A DNA stretch of 62,889 nt from Arcobacter sp. (GTDB lineage: Bacteria; Campylobacterota; Campylobacteria; Campylobacterales; Arcobacteraceae), in the NCBI GenBank assembly GCA_965662175.1, contig CBFIGT010000001.1:1-62889 (forward strand), written 5' to 3'. This document shows, piece after piece, positions 1 through 10,490 of the stretch. Made by a program: the position numbers and the translations under genes. The notes beneath the pieces were generated by a model. The model saw only the letters and a program-made list of their open reading frames with translations, was not told where the DNA came from and did no database searches. Numbering within the stretch: the stretch's first letter is position 1; every line of letters starts with the position of its first letter.

Positions 1-122
1 TTTGGCCTTTTTTTATACTAAATAGCTCTCACTTAAGATTTTTATTATCTAACTTAAAATAAAATAAATATTGTAGTTTAATATAATTAATAAATTATAA
101 ATTTATTAAATAAGGAGTTCAC

Positions 123-401
123 ATGGTAAAAGGTGTATGTCCAAAATGTGGAAGTATTAATAATCTTAGTCTTATAAGTATTGAGTCTAGTAATTGTATT
201 TGTAATTCATGCTATTATACTGATTCTTTTAGAGTATTTCATAAGATAAAAGTTGGTGACATATTAGAAATAGAGAATAAAGTCTATTTATTGAAAGATG
301 ATGGCTTATATCAGCTTCAAAAACAGGTATTAAATACTTGTACACACAAAATAAAGAAGTTAGGTGATATAGTATCTAATCCAGAGTTTTTATATAGCTA
401 A
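123..401 (+). CDS. Hypothetical protein with N-terminal zinc-ribbon-like Cys motif
   Basis: AAGGAG RBS at 112-117; CPKC...CICNSC motif. Confidence 0.7.
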   Translation: MVKGVCPKCGSINNLSLISIESSNCICNSCYYTDSFRVFHKIKVGDILEIENKVYLLKDDGLYQLQKQVLNTCTHKIKKLGDIVSNPEFLYS

Positions 402-418
402 AATATTAGGAGCAAATT

Positions 419-517
419 ATGTATTTAGATAAGATTGGCTTATTTGTTTTATTTGGCTTAATATTATTTATGGCTTTAAGTTTTGTTGTAAAACATTTTA
501 TTAGGAATAAAAAGTAG
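419..517 (+). CDS. 32 aa single-TM small protein (not in ORF track)
   Basis: AGGAG at 408-412, ATG at 419; MYLDKIGLFVLFGLILFMALSFVVKHFIRNKK, hydrophobic core with basic tail. Confidence 0.65.
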   Translation: MYLDKIGLFVLFGLILFMALSFVVKHFIRNKK

Positions 518-521
518 AAGA

Positions 522-1205
522 TTAATCTTCTACTCTTGAGTTCTTTTCTTCAATTCCTGAGATACCAAATCTTCTTGATAGTTCTTGTTTAATTCTATCA
601 GGACTTATATTTTTACTAGCAAGTGCAACCATACAGTGATAAACTAAATCAGCACCCTCATATATAATCTCATTAGTATCATTATCTTTTACAGCAAAAG
701 TAAATTCACCTGCTTCTTCAACTATTTTTTTGAGCATAGAGTTTTGTTTACCCTTTAGAAGTTTTGCTGTATATGATGTTTTAGGGTCATCATTTTTTCT
801 TTCTTGAATAATATGGTAAAGAGTATCTATTACACTATAAGAAGCACTTGTATCTACTTTAATATCATCAATTATTTCATTTGTATCTAATTTTGTGAAG
901 AAACAAGATTTTCTTCCTGTGTGACAAGCAACACCCTCTTGTTCAACTTTTAAAAGAAGAGTATCATTATCACAATCTATAAAAGTGTCAACTACTTTTT
1001 GTGTATGACCTGACTCTTCTCCTTTTTTCCATAATCTTTGTTTACTTCTACTAAAATAGTGAGCATAACCTGTTTTAAGTGTTAATTCTAATGCCTCTTT
1101 ATTTGTATAAGCTAGCATCAAAACTTCATTTGTTGAAGAATCTTGTGTGATAACCGGTATTAAGTTATCCATTTTCTCCCAATCTATTTTATTTAATATC
1201 TCCAT
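522..1205 (-). CDS. hisIE: Bifunctional phosphoribosyl-AMP cyclohydrolase / phosphoribosyl-ATP pyrophosphatase
   Basis: SRSKQRLWKKGEESG, DCDNDTLL, ACHTGRKSCF, KIVEEAGE, ADLVYH motifs. Confidence 0.96.
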   Translation of the reverse strand: MEILNKIDWEKMDNLIPVITQDSSTNEVLMLAYTNKEALELTLKTGYAHYFSRSKQRLWKKGEESGHTQKVVDTFIDCDNDTLLLKVEQEGVACHTGRKSCFFTKLDTNEIIDDIKVDTSASYSVIDTLYHIIQERKNDDPKTSYTAKLLKGKQNSMLKKIVEEAGEFTFAVKDNDTNEIIYEGADLVYHCMVALASKNISPDRIKQELSRRFGISGIEEKNSRVED

Positions 1206-1215
1206 TTTTATTGCC

Positions 1216-1587
1216 TTAAAAGTTTTTTTCTAACTTGAATTTTATTTTCTCAAGCTCTTTTGTTTCTTTGTTAATATCTACATTAACATCAATATTTGTC
1301 TCTTTTTTCTCTTTGAGTATATTTTGTGTATTGCTAGTAGGTTTTGTGTAGTTATCTTTTGATTGATAGTTTTTTGGTACATCAATTTTGGTATTTACAA
1401 AATTATCAATTAAGTCAACTTTTTTATTCTCAATTTTTTTAGTATCAGTTTTTTCTTGAATAATATTTTCAGATTTTGTTTTTTCTTCAATATTAGGTTT
1501 TAATTCTGGTTTTATTTCATTTTTGGGAATAAAAAAATAGAGGGCAATTGCTATTAAAAGAATTAGTATAAGTAACTGTTTTTTCAT
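1216..1587 (-). CDS. Hypothetical membrane-anchored/exported Lys-rich protein
   Basis: N-terminal hydrophobic helix, low-complexity linker, beta-like C-terminus. Confidence 0.7.
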   Translation of the reverse strand: MKKQLLILILLIAIALYFFIPKNEIKPELKPNIEEKTKSENIIQEKTDTKKIENKKVDLIDNFVNTKIDVPKNYQSKDNYTKPTSNTQNILKEKKETNIDVNVDINKETKELEKIKFKLEKNF

Positions 1588-1595
1588 ATTTTAAC

Positions 1596-1620
1596 AATAG
1601 AGTAGAAAATCTACTCTATT
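1596..1620 (-). terminator. Hairpin just after the SPFH gene stop, probable terminator
   Basis: AATAGAGTAGA-AAA-TCTACTCTATT inverted repeat. Confidence 0.55.
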
Positions 1621-1622
1621 AA

Positions 1623-2702
1623 TTATTTGTTGATTGCTGAATCTCTAGATTTATCTTTAGTATCTACCCAAATATTTGGAGTAGAACCACCAGGAGTTAA
1701 GAAGATTTTAGCATCTTTATTTTCTCTAAGTGCATCATTGAATTTACCTTGAATTTCAATTTGTTGCATTTGAAGTAAATTAGGTGTTAAAGATTTTGCT
1801 ATTTCAATATTAGCAGCAGCTTGTGCTTTTGCTTCAATAGTTACAGCATCTGCTTTACCTTGTGCTTCAATTCTTTTTGCTTCAGCTTCCCCAGTTGCTT
1901 GCGCAGCTCTTTTTTCAGCCTCTTGTTTAGCTCTTAAAACTTCGTATCTAACTCTTTCAGACTCTTGATTTGCAATTTGAACTCTTTCAATTTGCTCTTT
2001 AATCTTAGTTGGTAATACTATCTCTCTTAATTGAACAGATTCAATAGATACAGGTCTTCCTTCTAAGTTTTCAATCTCAGTTCTTATACCATTTTCTATT
2101 AAAGTTGCAATTTCATTTCTTTTAGTTGGTAATGTTTCAGCATTAAATCCACCAACAACATTTCTAACAATATTTCTAACAACAGGATTTACGATTTTAT
2201 CTTCCCATGAAAGACCCCAAGTTGCAATTGTAGATGGAGCACCTTGTGCTGTTAATCTATATTGAACTGTTAATTCAATAGAAACAGGTAATCCTCTTGC
2301 ATCTAAAATATTAATTGCTGGATTAATTTTAATTCCAGAATCAAAACCACTCATCTCTTCGATTGATCTATAATTAATAAGTCTTACTTTTGTATCAACT
2401 ACAATAACTTTTTGGAAAACAGGTAGGTAAAGGTGAAAACCTGGATTTAATGGCTCATCAGAGTATTTACCTGTTGTTGCTTTAATACCAACTTGTCCTG
2501 ATTCAATAATCACAAATGGTTTAAATACAAAAAGTAAAGCAACTACAATTATAACTGCATATAATACACCAGCTTTTTTTCCAAAGTTTTTGAAAAATTC
2601 AGGTGGTTCAAATGGTGGTTGGTAGTTTCCTCCATCACCATTACTAGAACCTCCACCGTTGCTCTTTTGTCTATTTTTAAAATAATCATTATCTATTGGC
2701 AT
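1623..2702 (-). CDS. SPFH/prohibitin (band 7) family membrane protein
   Basis: TM helix followed by SPFH domain (LNPGFHLYLP, VQLREIVLP) and Ala/Glu-rich coiled coil (AEAKRIEAQG). Confidence 0.92.
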   Translation of the reverse strand: MPIDNDYFKNRQKSNGGGSSNGDGGNYQPPFEPPEFFKNFGKKAGVLYAVIIVVALLFVFKPFVIIESGQVGIKATTGKYSDEPLNPGFHLYLPVFQKVIVVDTKVRLINYRSIEEMSGFDSGIKINPAINILDARGLPVSIELTVQYRLTAQGAPSTIATWGLSWEDKIVNPVVRNIVRNVVGGFNAETLPTKRNEIATLIENGIRTEIENLEGRPVSIESVQLREIVLPTKIKEQIERVQIANQESERVRYEVLRAKQEAEKRAAQATGEAEAKRIEAQGKADAVTIEAKAQAAANIEIAKSLTPNLLQMQQIEIQGKFNDALRENKDAKIFLTPGGSTPNIWVDTKDKSRDSAINK

Positions 2703-2805
2703 TTATATCCCTTAATTTTTTATACATTTTGGTTTCTTATTTTGAAACACAAAAGATAAAACTAAAATTTTATCTTTTGTATTTCAACTAAGTAGAAAAC
2801 TCTAC

Positions 2806-3726
2806 TTAGTTAATATATGTTAAATGTTTAAGATATTTTTCATTTTTACCTTGAACTATATCAAAATATCCCGATTGTAATTTTTCTGTAATTGGTCCTC
2901 TTTCACCTGCACCAATAATTCTACAATCAACTTCTCTAATAGGAGTAACTTCAACAGCTGTTCCTGTAAAGAATGCTTCATCAGCAATATAAATCTCTTC
3001 TCTTGTAATTCTTCTTCTAACAACTTCATAACCTAAATCTCTAGCTAAATCTATAACTGTAGCTTGAGTAATTGATTCTAAAGAGTTATCATTTGGAGGA
3101 GTTATAATTATACCATCTCTAACAATAAAGAAACAAGCCCCACTAGCTTCTGCTATATAACCTTGGTCATCTCTTAAAAGTGCTTCATCATATCCAGCTT
3201 CAACAGCTTCATATTTTGCCATTTGAGAGTTTAAGTAGTTAGCAACTGCTTTTGCTTTTCCCATACCTGAAGTATTTGGAGTTCTAGTCATTGATGAAAT
3301 TTTTACTCTTACACCTTTTTTAAGACCCTCTTCACCTAAATATGCACCCCATTCCCAAGCTGAAATAGATACATTTACAGGTGCGTCTTTATGATAAAGT
3401 CCCATAACACCGTAACCTAAATAAACTAAAGGTCTAATATATGCACCTTCCGTTAACTCATTTTTTTGTAATAGCTCTACTTGAGCTTTATTTAATTCAT
3501 CTTCAGAAAATGGTACATTCATTAATGTCATTTTTGAAGAGTTTAATAATCTTTTTGTATGTTCTTTTAATTTGAAAATAGCACATCTACCATCATGAGT
3601 TTTATATGCTTTTGTACCCTCAATAGCACCATTACCATAATGTAAAGTATGGCTTAACACATGAACTTTTGCATCATGCCAATCAACAAATTTACCATCC
3701 ATCCAGATGTATTTTGCTTCTGTCAT
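2806..3726 (-). CDS. ilvE: Branched-chain amino acid aminotransferase
   Basis: HTLHYGNGAIEG, AKAVANY, ADEAFFTGTAVEVTP class IV aminotransferase motifs. Confidence 0.96.
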   Translation of the reverse strand: MTEAKYIWMDGKFVDWHDAKVHVLSHTLHYGNGAIEGTKAYKTHDGRCAIFKLKEHTKRLLNSSKMTLMNVPFSEDELNKAQVELLQKNELTEGAYIRPLVYLGYGVMGLYHKDAPVNVSISAWEWGAYLGEEGLKKGVRVKISSMTRTPNTSGMGKAKAVANYLNSQMAKYEAVEAGYDEALLRDDQGYIAEASGACFFIVRDGIIITPPNDNSLESITQATVIDLARDLGYEVVRRRITREEIYIADEAFFTGTAVEVTPIREVDCRIIGAGERGPITEKLQSGYFDIVQGKNEKYLKHLTYIN

Positions 3727-3910
3727 CCTATTTATCCTAATGTAAATTTTAGTGCTTAGTCTAGCTAAGTTTTTATTAAAAAAAAGTGAATTATAAAAAT
3801 ATATATAATTATAAAGAATACATATATAATGTAGATTAACTATATTTAAAAAATAAGTTTAATAATCTTTTGATATAGTTACATTATAAAAATTAATAAA
3901 AGAGATTGAA

Positions 3911-4513
3911 ATGAGTCAACAAGAGTTTTGGAATCAAAAATTTTTAAGAGATGGTTATCTTTATGGTAAAGAACCAAATGAGTTTATTAAAAGTACTTAC
4001 ATAAACTTTAAAAAGAATCAAAGAGTTTTATGTTTAGGAGAGGGAGAGGGAAGAAATGCAGTTTTTTTAGCTAAAAAAGGTTATGAAGTAGCTGCTCTTG
4101 ATGCTTCTGATATTGGCTTAAAAAAGTTGCAAACTTGGGCAAAAGAGTCTAATGTAAACGTAGATACAAAATGTATAGATATAAATGAATGGGTACCTAC
4201 AAAAAAATATGGTGCTATTTTATTTACATTTATGCATTTAGATATATTAGAGCTTGAAAGAATAATTGAAAAAATTGAGGGAAGTTTGAAAGAGAAGGGA
4301 TTTTTTGTAGCTGAAGTATTTTCAAAAAATCAAATAGATAAAAATAGCGGTGGTCCAAAAGATTTAAATCTTTTATATTCACTTGATGATTTTCAAAAAT
4401 CTATAAAATCACTAAAAATACATAAACTAGAAGAGATAATAGTGGAGCTAAATGAGGGGAATGGGCATATTGGAGAAGCTAGTGTTATAAGACTTATAGC
4501 CCAAAAAGTTTAA
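3911..4513 (+). CDS. Class I SAM-dependent methyltransferase (TehB-like)
   Basis: YLYGKEPNEF, VLCLGEGEGRNAVFLA, SGGP motifs. Confidence 0.88.
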   Translation: MSQQEFWNQKFLRDGYLYGKEPNEFIKSTYINFKKNQRVLCLGEGEGRNAVFLAKKGYEVAALDASDIGLKKLQTWAKESNVNVDTKCIDINEWVPTKKYGAILFTFMHLDILELERIIEKIEGSLKEKGFFVAEVFSKNQIDKNSGGPKDLNLLYSLDDFQKSIKSLKIHKLEEIIVELNEGNGHIGEASVIRLIAQKV

Positions 4514-4594
4514 AATTAACACTTTTTTAACTAACATTTTAGTACACTAAATTTTAAAATATTAAATAAATTACTTATAAAAAGATTGTAAAAA

Positions 4595-7500
4595 ATGAAA
4601 AATAGAATTGATGAAATTATTAAAAACAGAGTATTGATTATTGATGGTGCAATGGGTACTCAGTTACAAATTGCTGATATAAAACATGAATCTTGGATGT
4701 ATGAGGGCGAAGATTTAGAGGGTTGTAATGAACTTCTAAATGAAACTGCACCTGAAATCTTAGAGAATATTCACGATGCTTATGCTGCATCTGGTGCAAA
4801 TTTAATTACTACAAATACATTTGGAACGATGCCTTGGGTTTTGGATGAGTATGGTATTGGAACTAAGGCTTATGAGTTATCAAAATTAGGAGCGCAACTT
4901 GTAAAAGAGTCGTGCAAAAAGTATGAAACAGCTGAAGAGCCTAGATTTTGTTTGGGTTCAATTGGACCTGGAACAAAACTTCCATCACTTGGACATATAA
5001 AATATGATGAGATGTATGAGGGATATAAAGAGGTTGCAAATGGACTTGCAGATGGTGGCTGTGATATATTTTTACTTGAAACTTGTCAAGATCCTTTGCA
5101 AATAAAAGCTGCACTTCATGCTTTAAATGACTCTCATCCTGAAATTCCTGTTATGGTATCTGTTACAATTGAGTTAAGTGGAACTATGTTAATAGGAACT
5201 GATGCTTTAACAATAGCTGCTATTATGGCTCCATTTAATATCTTATCTTTGGGATTTAACTGTGGTACAGGACCTAAACAAGTTTATAAACATGTAAAAA
5301 CATTAAGTGAAGTTTGTAAGTTCCCAATCTCTGTTCATGCAAATGCGGGGCTTCCACAAAATAGAGGTGGACAAACATTTTATCCTATGGGACCTGATGA
5401 GTTTACCCAACTTCAAAAAAGTTTTTTAGATATTAATGGAGTTTCATTTTTAGGTGGTTGTTGTGGTACCACTCCTGAACATATTAAAGCTTTAGCAAAT
5501 GAAGTTAAAGGAATAAAACCAAAAGCTCCTAGTGGATTTTTAAAAGCTTCATTGGCCTCTTTATTTAACACTGTTCCTCTAAAACAAGACCCAGCTCCAC
5601 TTTTAATAGGTGAGCGTTCAAATGCAACAGGATCAAAGGCATTTAGAGAACTTTTAAAAGCAAATGATTATGAGGGAACATTAAGTGTTGGTCAACAGCA
5701 AGTAAGAGCTGGAGCTCATATTATTGATGTGAGTGTTGGATTTGCAGGGAGAGATGAAACAGGTGATATGGATAAGGTTGTTGAGCTTTACTCTCAAAAG
5801 GTTTCACTTCCTTTGATGCCAGATTCAACTCAAATATTAGCACTTGAAGCTGCCTTAAAACAAATCGGTGGAAGATGTATTATTAACTCTGTTAACCTTG
5901 AAGATGGAGAAGAGAAGTTTGATGCTGTTTGTAAGTTAGCCAAAAAATTTGGAGCAGCACTTGTTTGTCTTGTAATTGATGAAGTTGGAATGGCAAAATC
6001 AAAAGAGGATAAGATTAGAATTGCTGAGCGTATTTATGATTTATGTGTAAATAGACATGGTTTTAATCCAGAAGATTTAGTATTTGATATGCTTACATTT
6101 ACTATTGGTTCAGGTGATGATGAGTATAGAACAGCTGGTATTGAAACTATGGAAGCTATTAGAGAGTTTCAGATTCTTCATCCTGAGGTTGGTACAACTT
6201 TAGGTTTATCAAATATCTCTTTTGGTCTTTCAACAAATGCTAGAATTTATCTAAACTCTATTTATTTGGATCATTGTGTAAGAGCTGGATTAACAAGTGC
6301 TATTGTAAATGTTAAACATATTTTACCTCTAAATAAAATATCAGAGGAAGATAGAAAAGCTTGTGATGATTTGATTTTTAATAATCAAGAGAATGGTGAC
6401 CCATTATTTAAATTTATTGACCACTTTTCAAATGTAGAAGCTCAAGAAGATAAAAGTGATGAAGAGTTTCAAGCCATGGAGCCAATAGAGAAAGTTAAAC
6501 AATTACTTTTAGATGGTGATAAAGATAGAATGTTACCACTTGTGGAAGAGTTAAGACATGAAGTTTTACCTGAAACAATAGTAAATGAGTGGCTAATTGA
6601 TGGTATGAAAATAATTGGAGAGCTTTTTGGTTCAGGTCAAATGCAATTGCCATTTGTATTGCAAAGTGCTGAAACTATGAAAGCTACAGTTGATGCTTTA
6701 AATCCATATTTACCAAAAGAGGAAAAAGCTAGTGAAACAACACTTGTACTTGGTACTGTTAAAGGTGATGTTCATGATGTTGGTAAAAACTTAGTTGATA
6801 TTATATTATCAAATAATGGATTTAAGGTTATAAATATAGGAATAAAAGCTGATATAAATGAGTTTATAATTGCTGTTCGTGAAAATAAAGCACAGGCTAT
6901 TGGAATGAGTGGATTACTTGTAAAAAGTACAGCTGTTATGAAAGATAATCTTGAAGAGCTTAAAAAACAAGGTATTGATATTCCTGTACTTTTAGGAGGA
7001 GCTGCACTTACTAAATCATTTATAAATGAGTATTGTAGACCTTTATATGATGGTCCTATTTTTTATTGTAGAGATGCTTTTGATGGAGTTGTTTCTATGC
7101 AAAGAATAGAATCAGGTGATGAGAGAAATACAGCATTAGCAGCTGACTTAATAAATGAAGATGAGATTGTAAAAAAAGAGAAAGTAGAGGTTGTAATTCC
7201 TCCTTATGAAGAGATTGAATTACCTGAAAAGACAGCTTTTACTTTTCCACCATTTTGGGGAAGAGTATGCCAAAGTCCAACTATGCTAAATAAAGATTTG
7301 ATTTTTTCTTGGATAAATCATAGGGTTTTATTTAGACAAAGATGGGGATATAAAAAAGGTGCTATGAATGCTAGTGAGTTTTTAGAGCATGAAGAGAATG
7401 TTGTAAGACCTTTATATGAAAAACATAAAGAGGAGTTTTTTACAAAAGATATTTTTGATCCAGTTGCTATTTATGGATATTATCCTTGTATTTCACATGA

Positions 7501-8068
7501 TAATAAGCTTTATATTTTTGATGAAAGTTATGGATTTAATAGTGAAAAAGAGGCTCAAAATATACCAGCACTTGAAAAGGCTATAAAAGTTATGGAATTT
7601 CCAAGACAAACAAAAGCACCATATAGATGTATAGCTGATTTTTTTGCAAATGATAGACTTGATGTGGTTGCTTTTTCACTTGCTAGTACAGGACTTAAGA
7701 TTACAGAGTATGAGGGTGAATTATATAAAAATAGTGAGTTTGCTAAATATCATCAAATTCATGGACTTGGAGTTGAGTTGGCAGAGGCTTTAGCTGAGGT
7801 AATTCATAAACAAGTTAGACTTGATTTAGATATAGTGCCAAAAGAGGGACATACTTTAAATGATGTTCAGATGAAACAGTATGTTGGATGTAGGTATTCA
7901 CCTGGTTATGCAGCTTGTCCTGAGTTGGAGCAGAGTCAAGATATTTTTGATTTATTAAAACCTGAAGAGTTTGGGATAACACTAAGTGAGACTTTTCAAA
8001 TAGACCCTGAGCAATCAACATGTGCAATTATAGTGCCACACCATAAAGCAAACTACTATAATATTTAG
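4595..8068 (+). CDS. metH: Cobalamin-dependent methionine synthase
   Basis: DGAMGT, GGCCGT homocysteine-binding domain, IGERSN pterin domain, GDVHDVGKN B12-binding motif, RYSPGYAACP activation domain. Confidence 0.97.
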   Translation: MKNRIDEIIKNRVLIIDGAMGTQLQIADIKHESWMYEGEDLEGCNELLNETAPEILENIHDAYAASGANLITTNTFGTMPWVLDEYGIGTKAYELSKLGAQLVKESCKKYETAEEPRFCLGSIGPGTKLPSLGHIKYDEMYEGYKEVANGLADGGCDIFLLETCQDPLQIKAALHALNDSHPEIPVMVSVTIELSGTMLIGTDALTIAAIMAPFNILSLGFNCGTGPKQVYKHVKTLSEVCKFPISVHANAGLPQNRGGQTFYPMGPDEFTQLQKSFLDINGVSFLGGCCGTTPEHIKALANEVKGIKPKAPSGFLKASLASLFNTVPLKQDPAPLLIGERSNATGSKAFRELLKANDYEGTLSVGQQQVRAGAHIIDVSVGFAGRDETGDMDKVVELYSQKVSLPLMPDSTQILALEAALKQIGGRCIINSVNLEDGEEKFDAVCKLAKKFGAALVCLVIDEVGMAKSKEDKIRIAERIYDLCVNRHGFNPEDLVFDMLTFTIGSGDDEYRTAGIETMEAIREFQILHPEVGTTLGLSNISFGLSTNARIYLNSIYLDHCVRAGLTSAIVNVKHILPLNKISEEDRKACDDLIFNNQENGDPLFKFIDHFSNVEAQEDKSDEEFQAMEPIEKVKQLLLDGDKDRMLPLVEELRHEVLPETIVNEWLIDGMKIIGELFGSGQMQLPFVLQSAETMKATVDALNPYLPKEEKASETTLVLGTVKGDVHDVGKNLVDIILSNNGFKVINIGIKADINEFIIAVRENKAQAIGMSGLLVKSTAVMKDNLEELKKQGIDIPVLLGGAALTKSFINEYCRPLYDGPIFYCRDAFDGVVSMQRIESGDERNTALAADLINEDEIVKKEKVEVVIPPYEEIELPEKTAFTFPPFWGRVCQSPTMLNKDLIFSWINHRVLFRQRWGYKKGAMNASEFLEHEENVVRPLYEKHKEEFFTKDIFDPVAIYGYYPCISHDNKLYIFDESYGFNSEKEAQNIPALEKAIKVMEFPRQTKAPYRCIADFFANDRLDVVAFSLASTGLKITEYEGELYKNSEFAKYHQIHGLGVELAEALAEVIHKQVRLDLDIVPKEGHTLNDVQMKQYVGCRYSPGYAACPELEQSQDIFDLLKPEEFGITLSETFQIDPEQSTCAIIVPHHKANYYNI

Positions 8069-8104
8069 GATAAAATTTATTATATAAAAAATTAGGAATT
8101 AAAC

Positions 8105-8584
8105 TTGTTAGATAAAATTTTAAATTTTTGTTTTAGTGTTTCTAAACAACCTGTACTTTTAAAAGATTTGTTGGTGGCAAATGTTCAACATAATGAAAAA
8201 ATGCATGTTGATGCAGCTAAACTAGGGTTTAGATTAAAAATAAGTAGAGCATATATAGTATATATTCTACTTATATCAATGGTGGCTGTTCCTTTGGCTT
8301 TAATTACTCATGCGGTTTTTGCTAAAATAGATACTCACGCTTCAATTGTAGCTTCTATATTTTTCACTGCAATAATTTTTGTTTGTTTTAATTTCTTTAG
8401 AATTTGGATTAAAGATAAAATGGCAAATAAGGTTATAAGAAAAGCTTGGCAAATACATTTTCCATATTTTCCATATGATGAGTATAGATATAAAATAGAA
8501 GAGATTTTTCATAAAGCTATGAAAGATGAAATTCAGAAAAAAGATTTAGAGAGATATATACTAGATAATTTAGTTCAAAACTAA
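8105..8584 (+). CDS. Hypothetical membrane protein (2 TM)
   Basis: TTG start with AGGA RBS; two hydrophobic segments; FPYFPY motif. Confidence 0.75.
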   Translation: MLDKILNFCFSVSKQPVLLKDLLVANVQHNEKMHVDAAKLGFRLKISRAYIVYILLISMVAVPLALITHAVFAKIDTHASIVASIFFTAIIFVCFNFFRIWIKDKMANKVIRKAWQIHFPYFPYDEYRYKIEEIFHKAMKDEIQKKDLERYILDNLVQN

Positions 8585-8608
8585 ACTATTTAGTATTAGT
8601 TTTCTAAA

Positions 8609-9343
8609 TTAATCAAAAATAGCTTTTGCCTCTTTATTTCTTTGCTTTTTTAGTTCCATATCAATATATTTTGTATTCTTATAATCAATTTTATTTTTTA
8701 AGGCTATTGTCTGCTTTCTTTTTCCGCTTGGATTGATTTCATATATATAAAACCCAGCTTCGTACATAGATAATCTTACATTTGTTGATATTGAGTATGT
8801 TGTCATAATCATATTTTTTTTTGAAATAGAAAAAATATCTTTAAAATACTCAACACTCCAAAGCTCCTTATTTACCTCACTTGAGAAAGCATCTTGATAA
8901 ATAATATCAAACTCTTTTAACTCTTTTAAACACTCTCTTGCATCACCTATTTTTATAGTGATTTCTATTTTTTCATCTTTATAATAAAAACTTTCAGAAA
9001 GAGTTCTTATGATTGATTTCATAAAATCAAACTCTTTTGGATAATCAAACTCTTTTAGGCTTTTAATTAAGTCCTCGTCAAGTTCAGGTGAGTATATCTC
9101 TAAATTAACATCAAGATTATGTTTTTTTACATAATAAATTGTAGAGAGAGTGTTATATCCAATTCCATAACAAATATCTAATATTTTTAGTTTAGTATTA
9201 TTTTTAAAAAATGAAAATGCGGGAATAACATGTTTGTCTAAAGACTCTTTAATAGCCCCTGTTTTTAAATCATGAAAGTGTTGATTATATTTTTTTGAAA
9301 AAAGTGTATTTGAACCATCAATTGTTTGTATTGGATTATTCAT
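8609..9343 (-). CDS. MnmC/MnmD-type tRNA methyltransferase domain protein
   Basis: DGSNTL, LDICYGIGYN, DIIYQDAFS, NKELWS, GKRKQT motifs. Confidence 0.85.
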   Translation of the reverse strand: MNNPIQTIDGSNTLFSKKYNQHFHDLKTGAIKESLDKHVIPAFSFFKNNTKLKILDICYGIGYNTLSTIYYVKKHNLDVNLEIYSPELDEDLIKSLKEFDYPKEFDFMKSIIRTLSESFYYKDEKIEITIKIGDARECLKELKEFDIIYQDAFSSEVNKELWSVEYFKDIFSISKKNMIMTTYSISTNVRLSMYEAGFYIYEINPSGKRKQTIALKNKIDYKNTKYIDMELKKQRNKEAKAIFD

Positions 9344-9386
9344 ATATTAAGTCAAAGATATTAGATTTCTCTAATATCTTTTTTGA

Positions 9387-9902
9387 TTAGTTTCCTAACT
9401 CTTTTAGCTTTTCTTCAGGTAAGAAAAGCTCTTCATTTGACATAACACCAATCTCATGGCTTAAAATGTCTCGTGCAATATCTTTTGCTTCATCAAGTGA
9501 GTGCATTGCACAAGTTCCACATTGGTATAAGTTTAACTCAGGAATATCTTCTTGTTTTTCAACAGCTAAAACATCTTCCATAGCTTTCTTCCAAGCTTCC
9601 CCAACAGTTACTTCATCAGGATTACCAAGTAAACTCATATAAAATCCAGTTCGACAACCCATAGGCGAAACATCAATAATCTCAACTTTGTCTGAGTTTA
9701 AATGATTTCTAATAAATCCTGCAAAAAGATGCTCTAATGTGTGAATACCTTTTTCACTCATCATAGCTTCATTTGGAACATAAAATCTTAAATCAAATAC
9801 AGTAATAATATCACCTGATGGTGACTTCATTGTTTTTGCAACTCTAACAGCTGGTGCTGGCATAATTGTATGGTCAACTCTAAAACTATCTAATAACGGC
9901 AT
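9387..9902 (-). CDS. luxS: S-ribosylhomocysteine lyase
   Basis: [26 protein letters not shown] motifs. Confidence 0.98.
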   Translation of the reverse strand: MPLLDSFRVDHTIMPAPAVRVAKTMKSPSGDIITVFDLRFYVPNEAMMSEKGIHTLEHLFAGFIRNHLNSDKVEIIDVSPMGCRTGFYMSLLGNPDEVTVGEAWKKAMEDVLAVEKQEDIPELNLYQCGTCAMHSLDEAKDIARDILSHEIGVMSNEELFLPEEKLKELGN

Positions 9903-9977
9903 AACTTTCCTTTTTTCTAGAAATAATCTATTTAATAGGGCCGATTATATCAAAAGTTTATTAAATAGAGAATAAGT

Positions 9978-10366
9978 TTAAATATTATGTTTATAACTAT
10001 CAATTAGGGATTTTAAATATTTACTTGCTTTTACTTTTTGGTAATAAACAAAACCAATAACAAGAGCAACACCCATACCATATGTAAATAAAATAGCTAA
10101 AATAACTAAAATAGCAATTGCTAAAGTATCTAAAAGTTCACCATTTACTATAATCTCACCAGCTTTTTTATTTGCTTGAAATTCTATGTTTAAATTATAT
10201 TTTGTTAAGTGTTTACGTGACACTTGTTTATTGTAAGTCTATTTTTTTCTATTGTGTTTTCATACTCTTTATTTTTTTGTAGTTCTGTTTTTATAAACTG
10301 AAATAAACCATCTTTTTCCTCTTTTGATTTTATCTCTTTTGTAAATTGAATATCAAACATTCCCAT
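9978..10366 (-). pseudogene. Frameshifted hypothetical membrane protein (pseudogene or sequencing error)
   Basis: ATG at 10366 with AGGG RBS gives 53 aa ending in TAA at 10205-10207; adding one base there fuses it to the 9978-10223 ORF. Confidence 0.65.
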
Positions 10367-10490
10367 TTTAAGCCCTATTTTTATTTTTAGTATAACAAAA
10401 ATAGTAAATAGTTTATGTTTAATTATGTATATTAAATATACTTTTCACTATCATATAAATTAATATTTATTAAGATGATAAAAGGTTATT

